Positions 13,477-28,879 of a stretch of 64,000 bases of DNA are shown here, piece by piece. The notes beneath the pieces are model-generated. The model saw only the letters and a program-made list of their open reading frames with translations. It was not told the origin of the DNA and searched no databases. Source of the stretch: the human T2T-CHM13v2.0 reference genome, Homo sapiens. The translations under genes and the position numbers were made by a program. Where the stretch lies: the NCBI RefSeq assembly GCF_009914755.1, contig NC_060935.1; one strand, written 5' to 3'. The first letter of the stretch is position 1, and every line of letters begins with the position of its first letter.

Positions 13477-14288
13477 AGGAAGCAGAATTGTTCATTTACA
13501 AGTTTACAATGACTTTCTTAGCAAGGCAATCTTAGAATACAGACTTCCTCCACTGATTAATGCAATAAATTTGCTCTGTTATCCAACACCCAACAATGAC
13601 TCAACAGACTTCTCTTTTGCACTAACCTTTGCGAAATACTCTTTCTGGGCATTCTGCCTCAGATTAATGAGAAAGTGGTAGACTGCTCACATATTCCAGA
13701 AGCCTGAATTAACTGATTTCATAATGCTCTGAGCTGCTTGGCTCCAGGTTCTTCCTGTTAAGATTTATGAACCCAGACTGTAACACCATTTCTCAACATA
13801 TCTTCAAGTTGATGATTTCATTTCAATAGTAAAGTTGACCATAATGGAAAGTGAATTAAAGGAAATCAAACAAACAGATATCGAGGGTTGTGTGAATTTG
13901 TCAAAAATGACTTACTAATTAAAAATATTAATTCACAAGTAGGTCACCAAGAGCCCCTTTGCTTTGATTATTCATGTAAAGCCCGTTAGTCTGTAAATTA
14001 TTCACTTAAAAACTAGAACTCCATCTAGTCTATGAAGTCTAAAACAAATATTCCTTAAGGTCAAATTTCCTAGGACTCTCACATTCCCATTAAAGGTAGA
14101 CAGAGATCCCATTTAACCGATGACAAAACAGAAGCTCAGAGTCTTAGCTAAGGCCACATCATTATGGACAAAGTCACAAGGCTCAGATTTCTTGAATTTT
14201 CTTATAGATGTCAATTCAATTGTAATTAATAATGTATTAAGTACCTGCTCTGTGCCAGACCCTGGATTAGGGGATGGGGCTACATAAG

Positions 14289-14619
<331 letters not shown>

Positions 14620-15452
14620 TAGTCCCTGCCTTTAAGGAGTTCAATGCAAGAGACCCTGTCTCCCTGATTATTTAATATCTTTCTTTGGCTGACTTCGAAC
14701 TCCAGTGAAGTAATGAAAGGAATAGTAATGATTGTTGATGTTTACATTGAAGAAATCTTGTGACAGAAAGAATTTCACCAGGAGGAGAATCAAGGTCCTC
14801 ACACTGACCACGCACTATTTAATCAAGGCACCAAGATGTCCTATATCTTGGTGTTGAAGAGATTAAAAGTGCCCTATTGTGGGCTATTAATATTTCATAC
14901 CATAACACAATGTAGAGATACCATGTGAAAAAATGATGAGCTTGTAGAAAAGGCAGTGAGAATTGGAGCTCAAGCTCAGAGAAGAATAAAAGCTAAGTAT
15001 GAACAAGTCACATTTTACAATTTAAAAATAACATGATGTTCAGATATATTCCCAAAACAAAGACATAGTAGAACTGGTCTGCACTCTTGTTATTCTCTTC
15101 ATTATATGAGTACAAGGTTGAGTTTGGGAGGTCTACATTTTTCAAAACACTAGCACCACCACTTTAGCAAATGTTCAGGTTAAGGCAATAAACTTGTGTG
15201 GCTGGGAACTGGAGACCAAGTTCTGGTCTCCACTGTAAAACTTACTGACTTTATAACCAAAGGTAAGGTTATTTTGGGTGGTGGAAAAGGTGAAAATAAG
15301 ACAACTGCAGACAGGACTTTTTAAGGAAATTGAAGTTTTCCATAAAGCATTAAAAGCTATAGAAATATAAGGTCATATTTATTCAGTCACCATTTTAAGC
15401 ACCTATAATATACTCTGAGTAGCACCAAGTCCTGGGGATACCCAAGTGCATA

Positions 15453-15795
15453 TACTGTCATCACGTGGCATCCATGAAGAATTGGTTCCAGGATCCCCTG
15501 CCAATACCAAAATCTGCAGATGCTCAAGTCCTTTATATAAAATGTCCAGTATTTGCATGTAACCTATGCACATCCTCCTGTATACTTTAAATCATCTCTA
15601 GATTACATATGATATCTAATAAAATGTAAATACTATGTGAATAATTGTTATATTTTATTGTTTAGGGAATTACAAGAAAATAATCTGTAGGTGTGCAGTA
15701 CAGACACAACAATCCTTTTTTTTTCCAAATGTTTTTGATCCAGAGTTAATTGAATCCCCAGATGTGAAATCCATGGATGTGAAGGACCAATGGTA
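15453..15795. mobile_element. MER2 (TcMar-Tigger MITE)
   Basis: ttggttccaggatcccc..gatgctcaagtcctttatataaaatg..aacctatgcacatcctcctgtatactttaaatcatctctagattac. Confidence 0.85.
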
Positions 15796-16819
15796 ACAAA
15801 CCATTGGTGTTTTTTATTCATTACTAGAATAGCTGGGAAACATCCTTAGAACATCAGTCCAAAGTGACTTGAAGTGTAAAAAAATTGGATATAAGAGAGC
15901 TTTTAAAGAGAGTTAAGTTTCCTTCATTAGAAAAAAAAAAACTAGGGAAGGTAGGCCTAATAACTTTAAAAAATTCATGGCGTCATTTTAAGAAGAGCTT
16001 AGGTCAGCCAGTATGAAAACAAAGAAAAAGAAAAGTTAGCCTCAAGTCATAGAGAAAAAAAAAAAAAAAGATTTGGAAAGAGATTAGGGAGACTGATTTT
16101 TCTGGAACACTAGAGCTAGTTATTGGGGGAAAAAAAACCCCGTGGAATTGCTCTGCTGGAAGCATTTGGAAAGTAATTAGCTAATTCTCTTTCTCAATGT
16201 GTTTAAAGATAAGACTAAAAGTGGGTGCTAGAATACTCCTTTTCTTGAAGCTCCGCTTCTAGAACTCTGAATGGCAATGAGGTGGATTAAAAGTCTATTC
16301 TCTTCTCCCTCCCTTATTTGGCTGGCATGTCTAATTCCAGAATTGGAAACTCATAGACATTGCTATGAAATGTATCATAGATCATGACTCACTATGAAAA
16401 GGACAAGTGTGCAAGTTGCCTTACCAGTGAAAAATCCTCTGCCTGCCCTCTTTCTTCCTGAGACAAGACTTCAGTTCTTTCTCTCTGATTCATATCCTGA
16501 GGAAATCAACATGATAAAAAATGGCTGCGTTCAATTAAAAAATGTCTCCAACCCACACTTTAAAAACATAAGCTCTTTTCAATCCAGATATGGATTATCT
16601 TCCTGAGAAAGTCTTTTCCTTCAGAAGAATTTTGTGCCATTTAAGATAGGCAAAACAGGCAGAATGCCATTCCTGCAATGAAAGTTACGCATTTAGCCAA
16701 CAGATTTGCAAAGTGCATCTGCCATGGCAATGGATTTAAAGATGGGAATTAGTAGGAGAAAGAACTATGGTTTATTTGAGCCCACCAGCATCAGGTATTC
16801 TAGGTACTCTTCAACAGCA

Positions 16820-17600
16820 GCAGTTAACATTAATTGAATGCTTGCTAGGTATCAGGTACCATTCTAAGTTTTCCTTGCATTATTTCATTTAATCCAAACA
16901 AGTTCATGACATAAATCCTATTATGGATCCTAACTCACAGATGAGGAAAATGAGGCTCATCAGAGGTTAACCAATTTTTTCAATATGAGGTAGCAAGTAG
17001 CAGAGAGGGCTTTCAAATCAGAACTGTCTGACATCAGAACTTAAACTTCTAACTATTCCTCATACAGTCTTTTAGGAAAAGGTAGATACAAGATCTCCAT
17101 TGTGGATATGAGAAAATGGAAACTCAGAGAAGAAGAGTAGCTTGATTAAGAGCACAAAGATTACTGATGTTTTTGGCCTAGGATTTGAGCTCAGGTCAGG
17201 AGGACTCCAATGTTCACGTTCCAGTCATATCGATAGAAAACCTAGGAGATGAGTAGATGTCCTGACATTCATTCCACGTAGATTATTTTTAATTCAAATA
17301 AGCAAATGCCCACTATGTATAAAACTCTGTACAAGTCTTACTGCATGTAAGACTTTGAAGATAGTATGAAAAAATTAAATATATTGTACCTGCCTCCAAT
17401 GAACTTTAAATTCTAGTTGACAGAGAAAACACACAGATGAATAAACTAAGATCAGTTGCAAAGTATTGTGACACCATAGGTAAAATAATATCCTACGCAT
17501 TAAATAGATTCAGAAGAAATGCTGGGAGAAGCAGTGATTAGAGAAGAAAATTGATCAAGAAAAGCTTCCTTGGAGAGGTATAAAATGATATGTATGATGA
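16820..17600 (-). mobile_element. Two MIR fragments followed by an L2 fragment
   Basis: cagatgaggaaaatgaggctc; gagaaaatggaaactcagaga; L2 reverse motif tacctgcctccaatgaactt. Confidence 0.7.
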
Positions 17601-20600
17601 ATAGAGTTGATCCCATTGCCTGACTCCCTGTTTATTTTTGTGGGTAGAAAAAAAAAGATACTTTGGAGAACCTATATGGAGAGAAAATATGATCTTAGCA
17701 CCTATGGGAAACGTCCTATGAAAGATACGGCTCACAATTACAGAGCCATGGAAAGGTTGAAGGACAGGGAAGGATTTCTCTGTGATTACAGTTAAAACTA
17801 CTAGTGATTACTCTTTCTCTTGGCTAGTAGTTTTCCATAGGGTCCCATCAAATATAAACTATAATAGTTACAGATCAAATCTACACTCATTCTTTATGAA
17901 AAAAAGGCAAACAGCCAGAAGAGAGGGAGAGGAAAAGTTCATTTCAGCATTTTCAAGGGATTTTCCATGAGATCTAGCCAGTAATAGAAGAGAAAAAAAT
18001 TTTTTCTGAATAAGGAATGGGCTCGAATGCTGATTGCTTATTTCACCTCCCACCTCCCCGGCAAACCCCCAATTTAATAAATAATTGGCTATTAAAAAGA
18101 ACCTTTGGATGGTAAGCATGTATTCCTCAGTTATAAGATTTATCCAAGCTACGTTCAACTTTTTTTCAGTCTAAAGCATGGACTTCAGCCTTCAAGAGGA
18201 CTATTTACTGAGACTTCTGTAAGAACATTATCTTCTTATAAACTAGAAGCAAGAAGTATTCAAGGTGTTAATGAGTATTACTAAATAAAACAGTTCTAAA
18301 GTCAAATCACTGGGAAAGCAAATGTTTTATTTTACTTTATTGTATTATTTTTATTTTACAGCCTTAACTATGCTGATGTACATTTTGAATGTCCAGTGGG
18401 GACATATTCAGGATTTCTTAAACTTGTTTGACCTTAGAATACCTCCTTATTTTGTAGAATTTGTATTGATATCTCATAGACTTCATATTCCAAGAAAAGA
18501 GTCATGCTCTCTTTCCTTACATAAGTTTTAGAAAGGTAGCTCTTAGAACAGTTAGGTCCAGGTGGATGCAGTAATGGATGGAGAAAGAGGACTACCAACT
18601 GGCCATAACTTCAAGCCCATAGCTGGGAGTGATGGGCCTCCACTTTCAGCTTCCTTGAATTCATCATTAAGCAAGAGTGAGTGACAAATCTCTAATGTTT
18701 CTTTTGATGCTTTTCAGGGCCACGTTCACAGCCACATGGAAAAGCACTGGCGTCACTCTCCTCTATAATGATCAGCTCAGTGTTGGTATCAGTGGGAACG
18801 AGGGAGACAAAGCAGGGGTTTCTTCCCACAAGATGGCCAAGGGCTGTCTAGAACTGATGGAGCACGTGGAGTGAAGGATCATTTACACTGCATGCCTGAA
18901 CACACTGTGTCAATTACATTTTAGTATTTCACCCATAGTCTTTGAAAAGCACTCAAAAGAGTTCAGATTCTTTTAGTGGGTCGTTCTGTATCTGTTAGAT
19001 GTTCCTTGCCCTTGCCTACATCTGACCAGAGTATAAGACTAATGAAATCAAACTTCTCTAAAGGCCACTTGTATGAGTGTGACTTTAAAATGCTGCCATT
19101 GCTTATGGTCATTTAAAGAGGAGGAAATGGAGACAGTGAAGAGAAAGTTGCACCACTTAGAGTTCTATTTTGAGACAGAAATCCTCAAGTAAAACTTCTG
19201 TCTACAGGAATGCAGTTTTCTTAGGAGAGAGTTTACTTCTAAATTAGCACACCTGAACTACTTAATTCCTAACACATCACACGTACCGCTGAATCAGACG
19301 GCCTACCCTGAAGGGCTGTTTTTCTGCCCTATCCTAAGAGTCAGAAATGTGTAAAAAGACACAGTCAACTCATTAACACATTTGCATTTTTCAATAGCAT
19401 TAACCAAGATTTTTATAAAAAGTATATGTATAAATATGTAAAATTAACATATTTTTAATGTAAATATTGTATCATTGCATGTAAGTATACTTATGCTTCT
19501 TTTTATATCATCCAAATATCTTTATCAATGAAGAATTCTCTATTTTACAGGTAAACAGTTTTAATGAACAAACTAATGTTTGTGTAGTGCTTTACAGTTT
19601 ACAAGTCTTATTTTATCTTCAATACAACTCTGAGAGTTGAATCTTAGTGTCTTCATTTCATGATGTAGAAATTAAAGATTGAGAAAATATCACCAGGCTA
19701 GTAATTGGCAGAGTGAGACTGAAACCCAGACTTTTTTTTATCTCAGATTTAGCACTGTCATTTCTCAAGGAGTGAGTCAGAACCCACATTTTCTGAGAGA
19801 TTTCCAGAATAAGTGCATGGTGATCCGTTCTATACTCGTAGTTCATTGTACTGCAAAATTAGTACTTGATTGGAAACTGTCTTATTGTCCAACTACTTCA
19901 TGTGTCTCTGTCTTATCTATCACACCCAAACATAAGCCTTTTATTATGTTGCTCTTTGGGGCATCCCCTGACTTCCTCATGTGCTGTTCTTACTGCAGAG
20001 AATGCTCTCTCCTTTCAGACCCCACACAACAAGGCTCAATCATATTCAACAGGACTCAGGCTAGGGGTGGTGCCTTTCCCTTCTTGGAAACTCTTGCTGG
20101 CATTCTCAACCGTCATCCTTGCTCCAGGAAGGAGACTCTCCTATATGCTCCTATAGCATCCAGAGCTGACATCTGTAATGGATTCATCCCACTGTCTTGC
20201 ACTGCCAGTGTCTATTTATCATGCATTTCCCACATGACCTTCACCACCTTGAGAACAGGAATCTTATGTTACTTCTCTTTGAATCCTCAGAACCTACCAC
20301 ATAGTAGGCTATTAATAACTGATAAATAAATAATTGAATAAATAAAGTAACATAAAACCAATTAAGGCAGTTAGTTAATGTCTTTGAGGAGTTCTCAGGC
20401 TCATGGGAAGAAGAATCTGTAAAGAGAACAGGACAAGCAACACAGCAAGGTGTACTTCCCCAGTACACAGATGGATTCAGGTGCCTTGGGGGCATACACA
20501 AGAAGGGACAGTGCTGCCCTGCCAGTCAGGCCTCAGAGAAAGCAAAGTTGAACAGAGTCTTGAAAGGAGAGTAGAAAGTCACCAGTGTTTGTGGAGCTGA

Positions 20601-21015
20601 GAGAAGTAGGGTCGGAGTAGGCAGCATGAAGAGAAGGCAGGCTTTAGCAAGGCTCTATTTTATCTTGGCTGTGTAACAACCCTTTCTCTGGGGGAGCTGA
20701 CCTTCACTGCATCCAACCTTAGGGTTCTATAGCAGCTGCCAGTCATGTTTCTTGTTTCCCTGGCTCAGAGGACTTCCCAGAGGTTTTGCACATTTTTCCA
20801 GCCTCATGGAGGAAGGTCTAAGAGAATAAAGCTGACCCAGAGAGAGAAGCTTAGGGCAAAGTGGGAGGAAGTGCCTGGATCCCTGATTCTAGTAATTTCT
20901 GGAGCCTGGTGTACCCAGCCCTTTCCAGAGTTTGGTTTGTTACCTAACTAAATTAAGCTGGGTTTCTTTCACTTGCAAACACAAGAGTACTGACCAAAAG
21001 TAAAACCTTAAAAGT

Positions 21016-21320
21016 GGCCGGGCGCAGTGACTCACACCTGTAATCCCAGCACTTTGAGAGGCTGAGGCAGATGGATCACTTGAGGTCAGGAGTTCAAGAC
21101 CAGCCTGGCCAACATGATGAAACCCTGTCTCTACTAAAACTACAAAAATTAGCTGGGTGTAGCAGCGTGTACCTGTAGCCCCAGCTACTCAGGAGCCTGA
21201 GGCACAAGAATCACTTAAACCCAGATGGCAGAGGTTGCAGTGAGCTGAGATCATGCCACTGTACTCCAGCCTCAGCAACAGAGCAAGACTCAGTCAAAAA
21301 AACAAAACAAACAAAAAAAC
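21016..21320 (+). mobile_element. AluS
   Basis: ggccgggcgcagtgactcacacctgtaatccc.. dimer with A-rich tail. Confidence 0.96.
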
Positions 21321-21344
21321 CCCACCTTAATAATATCTCCTGTG

Positions 21345-21640
21345 GGCTGGGCATGGTGACACACGCCTGTAATCCCAGCACTTTGGAAGGCCGAAGCAGG
21401 AGGATCACTTGAGCCCAGGAGTTCAAGACCAGCCTAGGCAACATAGTGAGACCCTATCTCTACACAAAATAAAACAATTAGCTGTGTGTGATGGCATACA
21501 CCTGTAGTCCCAGTTACTCAGGAGGCTGAGCTGGGAGGATCACTTGAGCCCAGGAGTTTGAGGCTGCAGTGAGCTATGATCGCACCACTGTACTCCAGCC
21601 TGGGTGACAGAGTGAGACCTTGTCTCTAAATAAGATTAAC
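21345..21640 (+). mobile_element. AluJ
   Basis: ggaggatcacttgagcccaggag in both arms; gaggctgcagtgagctatgat (AluJ-type). Confidence 0.93.
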
Positions 21641-22249
21641 AACAACGAATCTCCCCTATAGCATGCACATAGAGATAGTCACAAAGTAGCTACTCAAGAG
21701 TTTGTTCCTCAAATGGATCTTTTCCCATATCTGTTCAATCCTTTCATTTAAAGATGGAGACACAGACTTAAGTACCTTTTCCAAAGCCACTCATTCTACT
21801 CATAACAGATTTTATCCTAGTGCCTGACTTTTCTTCCCAGAACAGAGCTCCATCCACCAAATACTGCTTCCTTTGCTTTTTGCTGGCTAATTAGCCTTAA
21901 GGTAAGAGGTGATCATGGGATTCATATTTGATGAAAAAAAATCAAAATGAACAAAGAATTCATGAAATGACTATAAAGTGATGAAATTATGGTTTTTTAT
22001 TCATTTAACAAATAGCCCCCACATACATCTGTCTCTGTGGTAGGCGGGTATTCTGGGATAAACAAGACATGCTCCTTGACCTCAAGTAAGTTCACTAAGT
22101 GGAGGGAGGAACTGTACAACTTACCAGAGCTTCATATATCTTCAAATCAGCAATCTGGGAGAATATATACTTATTATTTTTTCATTTGCTGGTAAGTCCC
22201 TTTGAACCAGTTATGAGTCAAACAAAAATGTCAGCTTATGATTTTATAA

Positions 22250-22561
<312 letters not shown>

Positions 22562-23559
22562 TTAAATTCATTTTTAATCAAAAATGGTATCATGCAGCTG
22601 GACCAATTGAATATGGCACTTGGGTTTTTTTGAAAACACAAAATAGCCTCAAAAGACAATGAATTTCTTCCACTAAGTATATTGAAAGAATATGCTGTAG
22701 ATTCTTAGGTCTGCTATAAAACAGGAGGTTCAAAGATGTTTTGCCCGAGGCTAGGCAGCATCACTGCCCTGAAAGTAACTATACTATTCAAGATGAGTAT
22801 GTTTGTATGCATTTGTTAAAATAATGAGTTCTAGAATTTATATTAAATTTCCAGACAGGCCTAGAGGCAGATGCCAGGATCGCCTTAAGTCACCTTGATG
22901 CCCTTCCAGCTCTGTGATTCTACGATTGCTTATACTGGATTTCTCCAACCCTGTGATGGGCTGAAGAGCTATTTCTGTCCTAGTTCTTTGCCTTATATAG
23001 GTCAAATCCCATTCCAATGAGTACCATAACAATAACCACCTCATGGCCTGGTTATTTTAGACAACCTGATAAAATAAGAATCAAGTATGACCTCCAAACC
23101 GAAGTTGGCTGTTACAGAATTTGACCTGAATATTACTTAAGCAAGGAGGTGGCCAGTGTCTTAGGTTTTCATCTTCATGGCACTGAACCATTGCAAAACA
23201 GTTAGATTGAAGGTACCAAGAATCTATTAGTGAAACCAAACAACTGTACCCAGAGTCCCTTAGTCAGTGACTCCATGTGCCTGATAGATACTACAAAATC
23301 AGAATGTCAGGGGACTGAATGCTATGAATTTCCATGTAAGAATGGTCTCCAACTTATGTGTATCCACTATAGCCAAAGAGTGTCAGGGCAATTGTCCATC
23401 TTAATTCAGGGCTATTAATAAGCCTTATTTTCATATTGGGCATCCCAAACCTAAGGTTTCTTCTCCAGTCTCTCCCAGGAAGCTAGATTCATGCTTCTTT
23501 TTGCATATATTGTTCCTGCTTGAAACAGGTGTTAGTTATTGCTCTCTGAAACGTACCTT

Positions 23560-24995
23560 TACAAGAGTGTAAAGACCCCGAGGGTACATATGTTTTTGGT
23601 TGATTCCCAGCTATGCTTAATATCTGGGTCCTCTCATTAGAATTTAAGTTCCACAAAAGCGTAAAATCTCATGCCTAGAACAGTGCCTAGCGCATAGTAA
23701 GTGCTTGATAATTATTTGTTGAAATAATGAATGAATAATGATGGATAGTTATTCTTTAAGACCCAATTCCAATGCCACCTGTCCCCTCCCAAAGCAGCTA
23801 TGTGTCTCTCCTCTGATCCTTTAGTACTGTTTGCATTTCTCTATAATAATACTTACAGGATACTCTCTTAATTGTTTATATCTGTTTTCCCAATTAAGCT
23901 GGGGAATATTTTATGGCCGGAACTATGTTTTATAATGCCATATGCTTTGTGCCTAAAACAATAGAAGTTCAATAAATGCTTATTGCTTGAACGGCTGAAA
24001 GAATGAATAAAAATATTTCTCTTGTCATGATAAATGCTAAAGATTTGTCATCTAACCTTATACCTCAAATTTTGCCTGGACTCAAGAGCTTTCCATGGAT
24101 CAAACTGATGAAGCCATGAGTCACTGGGCTTGGAGGGAGGGGTGTTTGTTTGTAGAGGATTTGCTTCCCGACCTCGATGAATCACATGTATAATCACCCA
24201 AACTGCATCCTGTCTGGGGAAGTAACCAAAACCCCTATTTCTGGCCCCAATGGCTTTTTGGTTTTATGAGTAAATGCCACTGGCATGTCATTAAATAAAT
24301 GCCCTCAGAAAGTCCTCAGCCAGTGCTATAACCTACAATAGTCAGGGTTGTGACAGAGAAGCAGTCTTGAAATTAGAGCGCAAGGCGGAGGAGGTACCTT
24401 TTTCACCTGGCGTCTTTCTGGTGACCTGCCTCAAAGTTCTTTTCCAATATCGGTCACACTCTACTCCCAGTCACAGGTGTGATCATGTAATTCTCCTGCA
24501 CACAAAGAATCAATGGCTCTCACTATCTACAGAATAAAGACCAAACTTCTTAACTTACAATCCAAGGCCCTCCAGAATCTGGTTCCATCCTGTTTTACCT
24601 CCCTCATCTTCTTCTATTCCCATATAACCATACGTTCCACAAACACCGAACAATTTTCGGAACACATCCAAATCCTGCTCTTTGCTCTTATGCTTTTGCT
24701 CCCTCCTAGAATGCCACCCCTCCCATTTTCAGATGCCCAACACTTGTGTATTCTTCAAGTCTCACAAAATGCCACTTCCTCCATAATGTCCTCCGTGATT
24801 GTCTAAGGAAGAATGACTTCTCCATTGAGCATACCTAAGATTTTATCTGTACTCCCATCCCATTGCTTATTTCTAATAACACATAGGCACATGTTTGTTT
24901 CTCTAATCAATTTTCTTAGTCAATGTGATACTCCAACTCTTACCAGTGCCTGCCGCAATGGACACTCAAAATAAAAGTTGGTTGAATAAAAAAAT
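23560..24995 (+). mobile_element. Cluster of L2 3' fragments, interrupted by unique sequence ~24050-24430
   Basis: Repeated gcctagaacagtgcctagcgcatagtaagtgct..ttgttgaa / gttgaataaa L2 termini. Confidence 0.7.
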
Positions 24996-25810
24996 TGAAT
25001 TAGTTCAATTGTTTAAATCCTTATCTTTGTCTTGGAATCTTCAGGAAAGGTTCGATGTAAAAATTTCTTATTCTTATTTATCTCATTTTATCCCTCACCC
25101 CTTTCCAAGAAAACATGAGATTAAGAAAAGCTTTGGTCCCAGCAAACAACTGTTGTTTTATATCTATGAATCTCAAAGGCAAGGTTTTCATTCCAGGCTT
25201 CCTTCCTCTTCATATCTAGCACTTTGGGGCCCACTTTGCTAATAGATGTCCTAAGCTCGAGGGGAAAATATAATTTTGATATTAACTTGAATAAAAAAGA
25301 AACATAACAAAGAGAGGATTTACTGTTTCAAAATGCAAACTTTTAAAAAGATAGTGTATTCCAAAAACAAAGACTTTTCTGTTATCTGCTGTTTTGGAAT
25401 ATTCATGCCACAGTGCCAATTTCAGCGTGGATGCATTCCTTTCAGTATGGATAAGTGAAAGTTCATGCAGTAAAGTTTAGCTTTGACTGCAAACCACTTT
25501 GCTTTCCTTTCTGTTTATTAGTATAACTCTGGTTATGAGAATAAGGACATAGAAGCAGACAAGGCTAAAATCACCCCAGCCAAGTTCAGATAATGAGAGA
25601 AAAGAATGTCAAGAGTTTTATTTTCTCTACTGTCTTTGGGCAATGGTCATATCTAGGTGGATAAAAGAGACAGACAGCCATTATTGCAGTTTGAGAGCCA
25701 TCTCCTTTCCTGCTTCTTGAAAGCCGCCACTGGGGCAGCATTCTTCCTTCGTTAGAGGTCAAGTCCTCCCTATACCACTTTATGGCTGAGTGACTATAGA
25801 AAAGTCAGCA

Positions 25811-26559
25811 ACTGGTCATCGGAGAAATGCAAATCAAAACCGCAATGAGATACCATCTCACACCAGTTAGAATGGCGATCATTAAAAAGTCAGGAAACAA
25901 CAGGTGCTGGAGAGGATGTGGAGAAATAAGAACGCTTTTACACTGTTGGTGGGACTGTAAACTAGTTCAACCATTGTGGAAGACCATGTGGCGATTCCTC
26001 AAGGATCTAGAACTAGAAATACCATTTGACCCAGTGATCCCATTACTGGGTATATACCCAAAGGATTATAAATCATGCTACTATAAAGACACATGCACAC
26101 GTATGTTTATTGTGGCACTATTCACAATAGCAAAGACTTGGAACCAACCCAATGTCCAACAATGATAGACTGGATTAAGAAAATGTGGCACATATACAAC
26201 ATGGACTACTATGCAGCCACAAAAAAGGATGAGTTCATGTCCTTTGTAGTGACATGGTTGAAGCTGGAAACCATCATTCTGAGCAAACTATCACAAGGAT
26301 AGAAAACCAAACACCGCATGTTCTCACTCATAGGTGGGAATTGAACAATGAGAACACTTGGACACAGGGTGGGGAACATCACACACCGGGGCCTGTCATG
26401 GGGTGGGGGCAGTGGGGACAGATAGCATTAGGAGGAATACCTAATGTGAATGACGAGTTAATGGGTGCAGCACACCAACATGACACATGTATACATATGT
26501 AACAAACCTGCACGTTGTGCACTTGTACCCTAGAACTTAAAGTATAATTTAAAAGAAGA
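25811..26559 (+). mobile_element. 5'-truncated L1PA (ORF2 C-terminus + 3'UTR) with 14-bp TSD, inside a MIR
   Basis: ORF 25827-26165 [47 protein letters not shown] is the L1 ORF2p C-terminus (frameshifted); TSD AGAAAAGTC(A/G)GCAA at 25798-25811 and 26560-26573. Confidence 0.97.
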
Positions 26560-26715
26560 AGAAAAGTCGGCAATTTCTTCATCAGTTAAGTGAAGATAAT
26601 AATACCTATTACAACATAACATGGTCAGACTTTGTAAACTCTAAAGTGCTGTTCAAAGATTAGCTACTGTTATAAATTCAAAGATGAATTGTTTTTTTTT
26701 TTTCATTACCTAACA

Positions 26716-26932
26716 CAGGGGTTGGCAGACGCTTTTTGTAAGAGAATGATAATAACATTTTAAGATTCGTGGACCATGTGGTGTCTGTTGTAACAACTCC
26801 ATTCTGCCTCTGTATTAGGAAAGCAGCCAAAGACAATATCTAAATGAATGGATGGGCTTTGTTCCAACAAAACTTTATTTATAACAGGTAGTGGACCAGA
26901 TTTGGCCCATGGGACACATTTGCAAATCTCTG
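26716..26932. mobile_element. MER58A (hAT-Charlie)
   Basis: caggggttggca..aaagcagccaaagacaata..ttccaacaaaactttattt..gatttggcccatggg. Confidence 0.85.
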
Positions 26933-28876
26933 CCCTACTCCTTTGGTGAGAACGAAACACTAGAGGCAGAGGGGAATATCTAAACTCTGTTTGTGGCATG
27001 AAGAGTAATATAGTTGGGTTTTGTGAACAGTTGCCTTGAGGCTTTCAAATATCTTTTTAAGGTACTCTCTTTAACATTAGAGTTTTAATTTTGTACATTA
27101 TCACCACCATCTTCATCATCATCAATATCATTCTGTACCTATCTGAGAAGTATTACCAAGAGAGGTATAAAAGAACCCTAGTTTTCTATACCTATCACTT
27201 GACCATACTCTGTTCTGGGAAAGACAGCTCTGATTATTGTTAAAGAAAATATCAATCATACTTGTGGTGAAAGGTCGCTACATTTTTTAACAAATTGGTC
27301 CTTTGAGCAAGATGAATTTTAATGGATTGGTTTATTAACCTAAAGGTTGAACCAGACTGAGAGTAACTGAATGATTTGCTCATAATTAGTATTATTTATA
27401 ATTATTTTACTTGGGAAAAAATATCACCTTAAATGTCAGGATGTTTTTTAATTGCTTCAGATGAGATTCAAAATAATTGACTTTGCAAATTTATTTTTAA
27501 AAACTCATTTAAAAACATCTGAAGCTGTTGACAGTCTGTCTAGAAGAGGCAAGATATTGATATTCATTACTAGGAACAGGGCAGAAATTGATCCATCATT
27601 TTTTTAACCACATGAATTGTGCATTGTGGTCACTTCTGGACTCTGAAATAGCTGCAATGCTGATAGAGTGATGCGTTTGTTCCTCTCCCCCATTAAATCT
27701 GCTATCTAAGCGAAGATGCTGTGTGTGTGGATGTAGGTATTATGTTTCTTGCTCAAATACATATTTACATATATTTTTATTAAAAGGGGAATAGGCACAT
27801 GGGCGAAAAAAGGATGTATATATGTATTTAGTATTTTTAGAAAAATACAAATAGTCTATGTACACATTGCGCATCCATTCATGTGACTTACATAGGATAC
27901 TAACTTTTTGATGGTGAGTAGGTATATGACAAATTTAGCATCTTTATAAATATTTGATTTATCAGTTGATTGGTGGAAATGAAAAAAAGTAAGGGACTAT
28001 ATTAACAGCTGGGGAAAGACAGCTTTTCAAATAATTTTAATTGTGCAATACGGGTAAATCACTAGTAAGAAACATGCAGCAGAATAATGACTATAAAACC
28101 TTATAATTATACAGCACTTGGATAGTCAGGAACTGTTGGTGTGTGCAGTATAATCACATGTGCTCCTTACATCTATATTTGGATGCACGAAGGAAGGATA
28201 TTAACAGTTTCATTTGACAGATGAGCAAGAGAAGTCAAGTGATTTTCCCACCATCTACATTGCCTTCCCCATACACCACATGGCCTCTGGAACCCGAGCG
28301 AAGGGTGAGTGCATCTATAGGCATCAAAGCCAACTTCAGTCTTCGCAGGCAGAATCAACCAGCCAGATCCAGTGTGCAAAACCCAATTTTCATCCAAGAC
28401 ATTTCAAGGAACTAAGTAACAAATGACCCAGACCAAAAACAAACAAACAAACAAAAAAAAAAGCAAACACATTTCAGGCAGTGAATATAGTGATGGGATG
28501 ATTAACTGATTAACAGAGTCTCTTATTTGCTTCTTCCAAGCATATTTAGTCTGATCATGTGCCTGAGACATGGTGTGACATTTGCTCTGGCAGCAGTGTC
28601 CAGGACACAGACAAATCACTCATCAGTCAGGTAGCCAGGCAGACACCATCAATCATTATCTGCATGTTTGAGAAATACAAAACTGTAGCTGAGGTCGGGG
28701 AAAAGAACATTTGATGGTGGCTAAAAGGTAAGTATACAAAGATTCCTATTTATCTCCCAAAGAGGTTACTCTAACATGTGCTGTGGAAATAGAGTCATAA
28801 ATTCTAAATTTTCTCACAGATAGGAGGTTAAGGCTAATATATCTATATAACGTATATGTTATATATTATCTGATTC

Positions 28877-28879
<3 letters not shown>

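Noticed and set aside
19541-19556. Recursive-splice-like TTTTACAG|GTAAAC (plus)
   Set aside because: Wrong strand for the host gene and resembles the MIR ATTTTACAGAT core.
19679-20329. Longest ORF (216 aa, plus)
   Set aside because: Non-ATG start, lies over MIR/L2 remnants, no recognisable domain, antisense to the host gene.
25827-26302. ORFs with real protein similarity
   Set aside because: Frameshifted L1 ORF2p C-terminus from a 5'-truncated element, not a gene.
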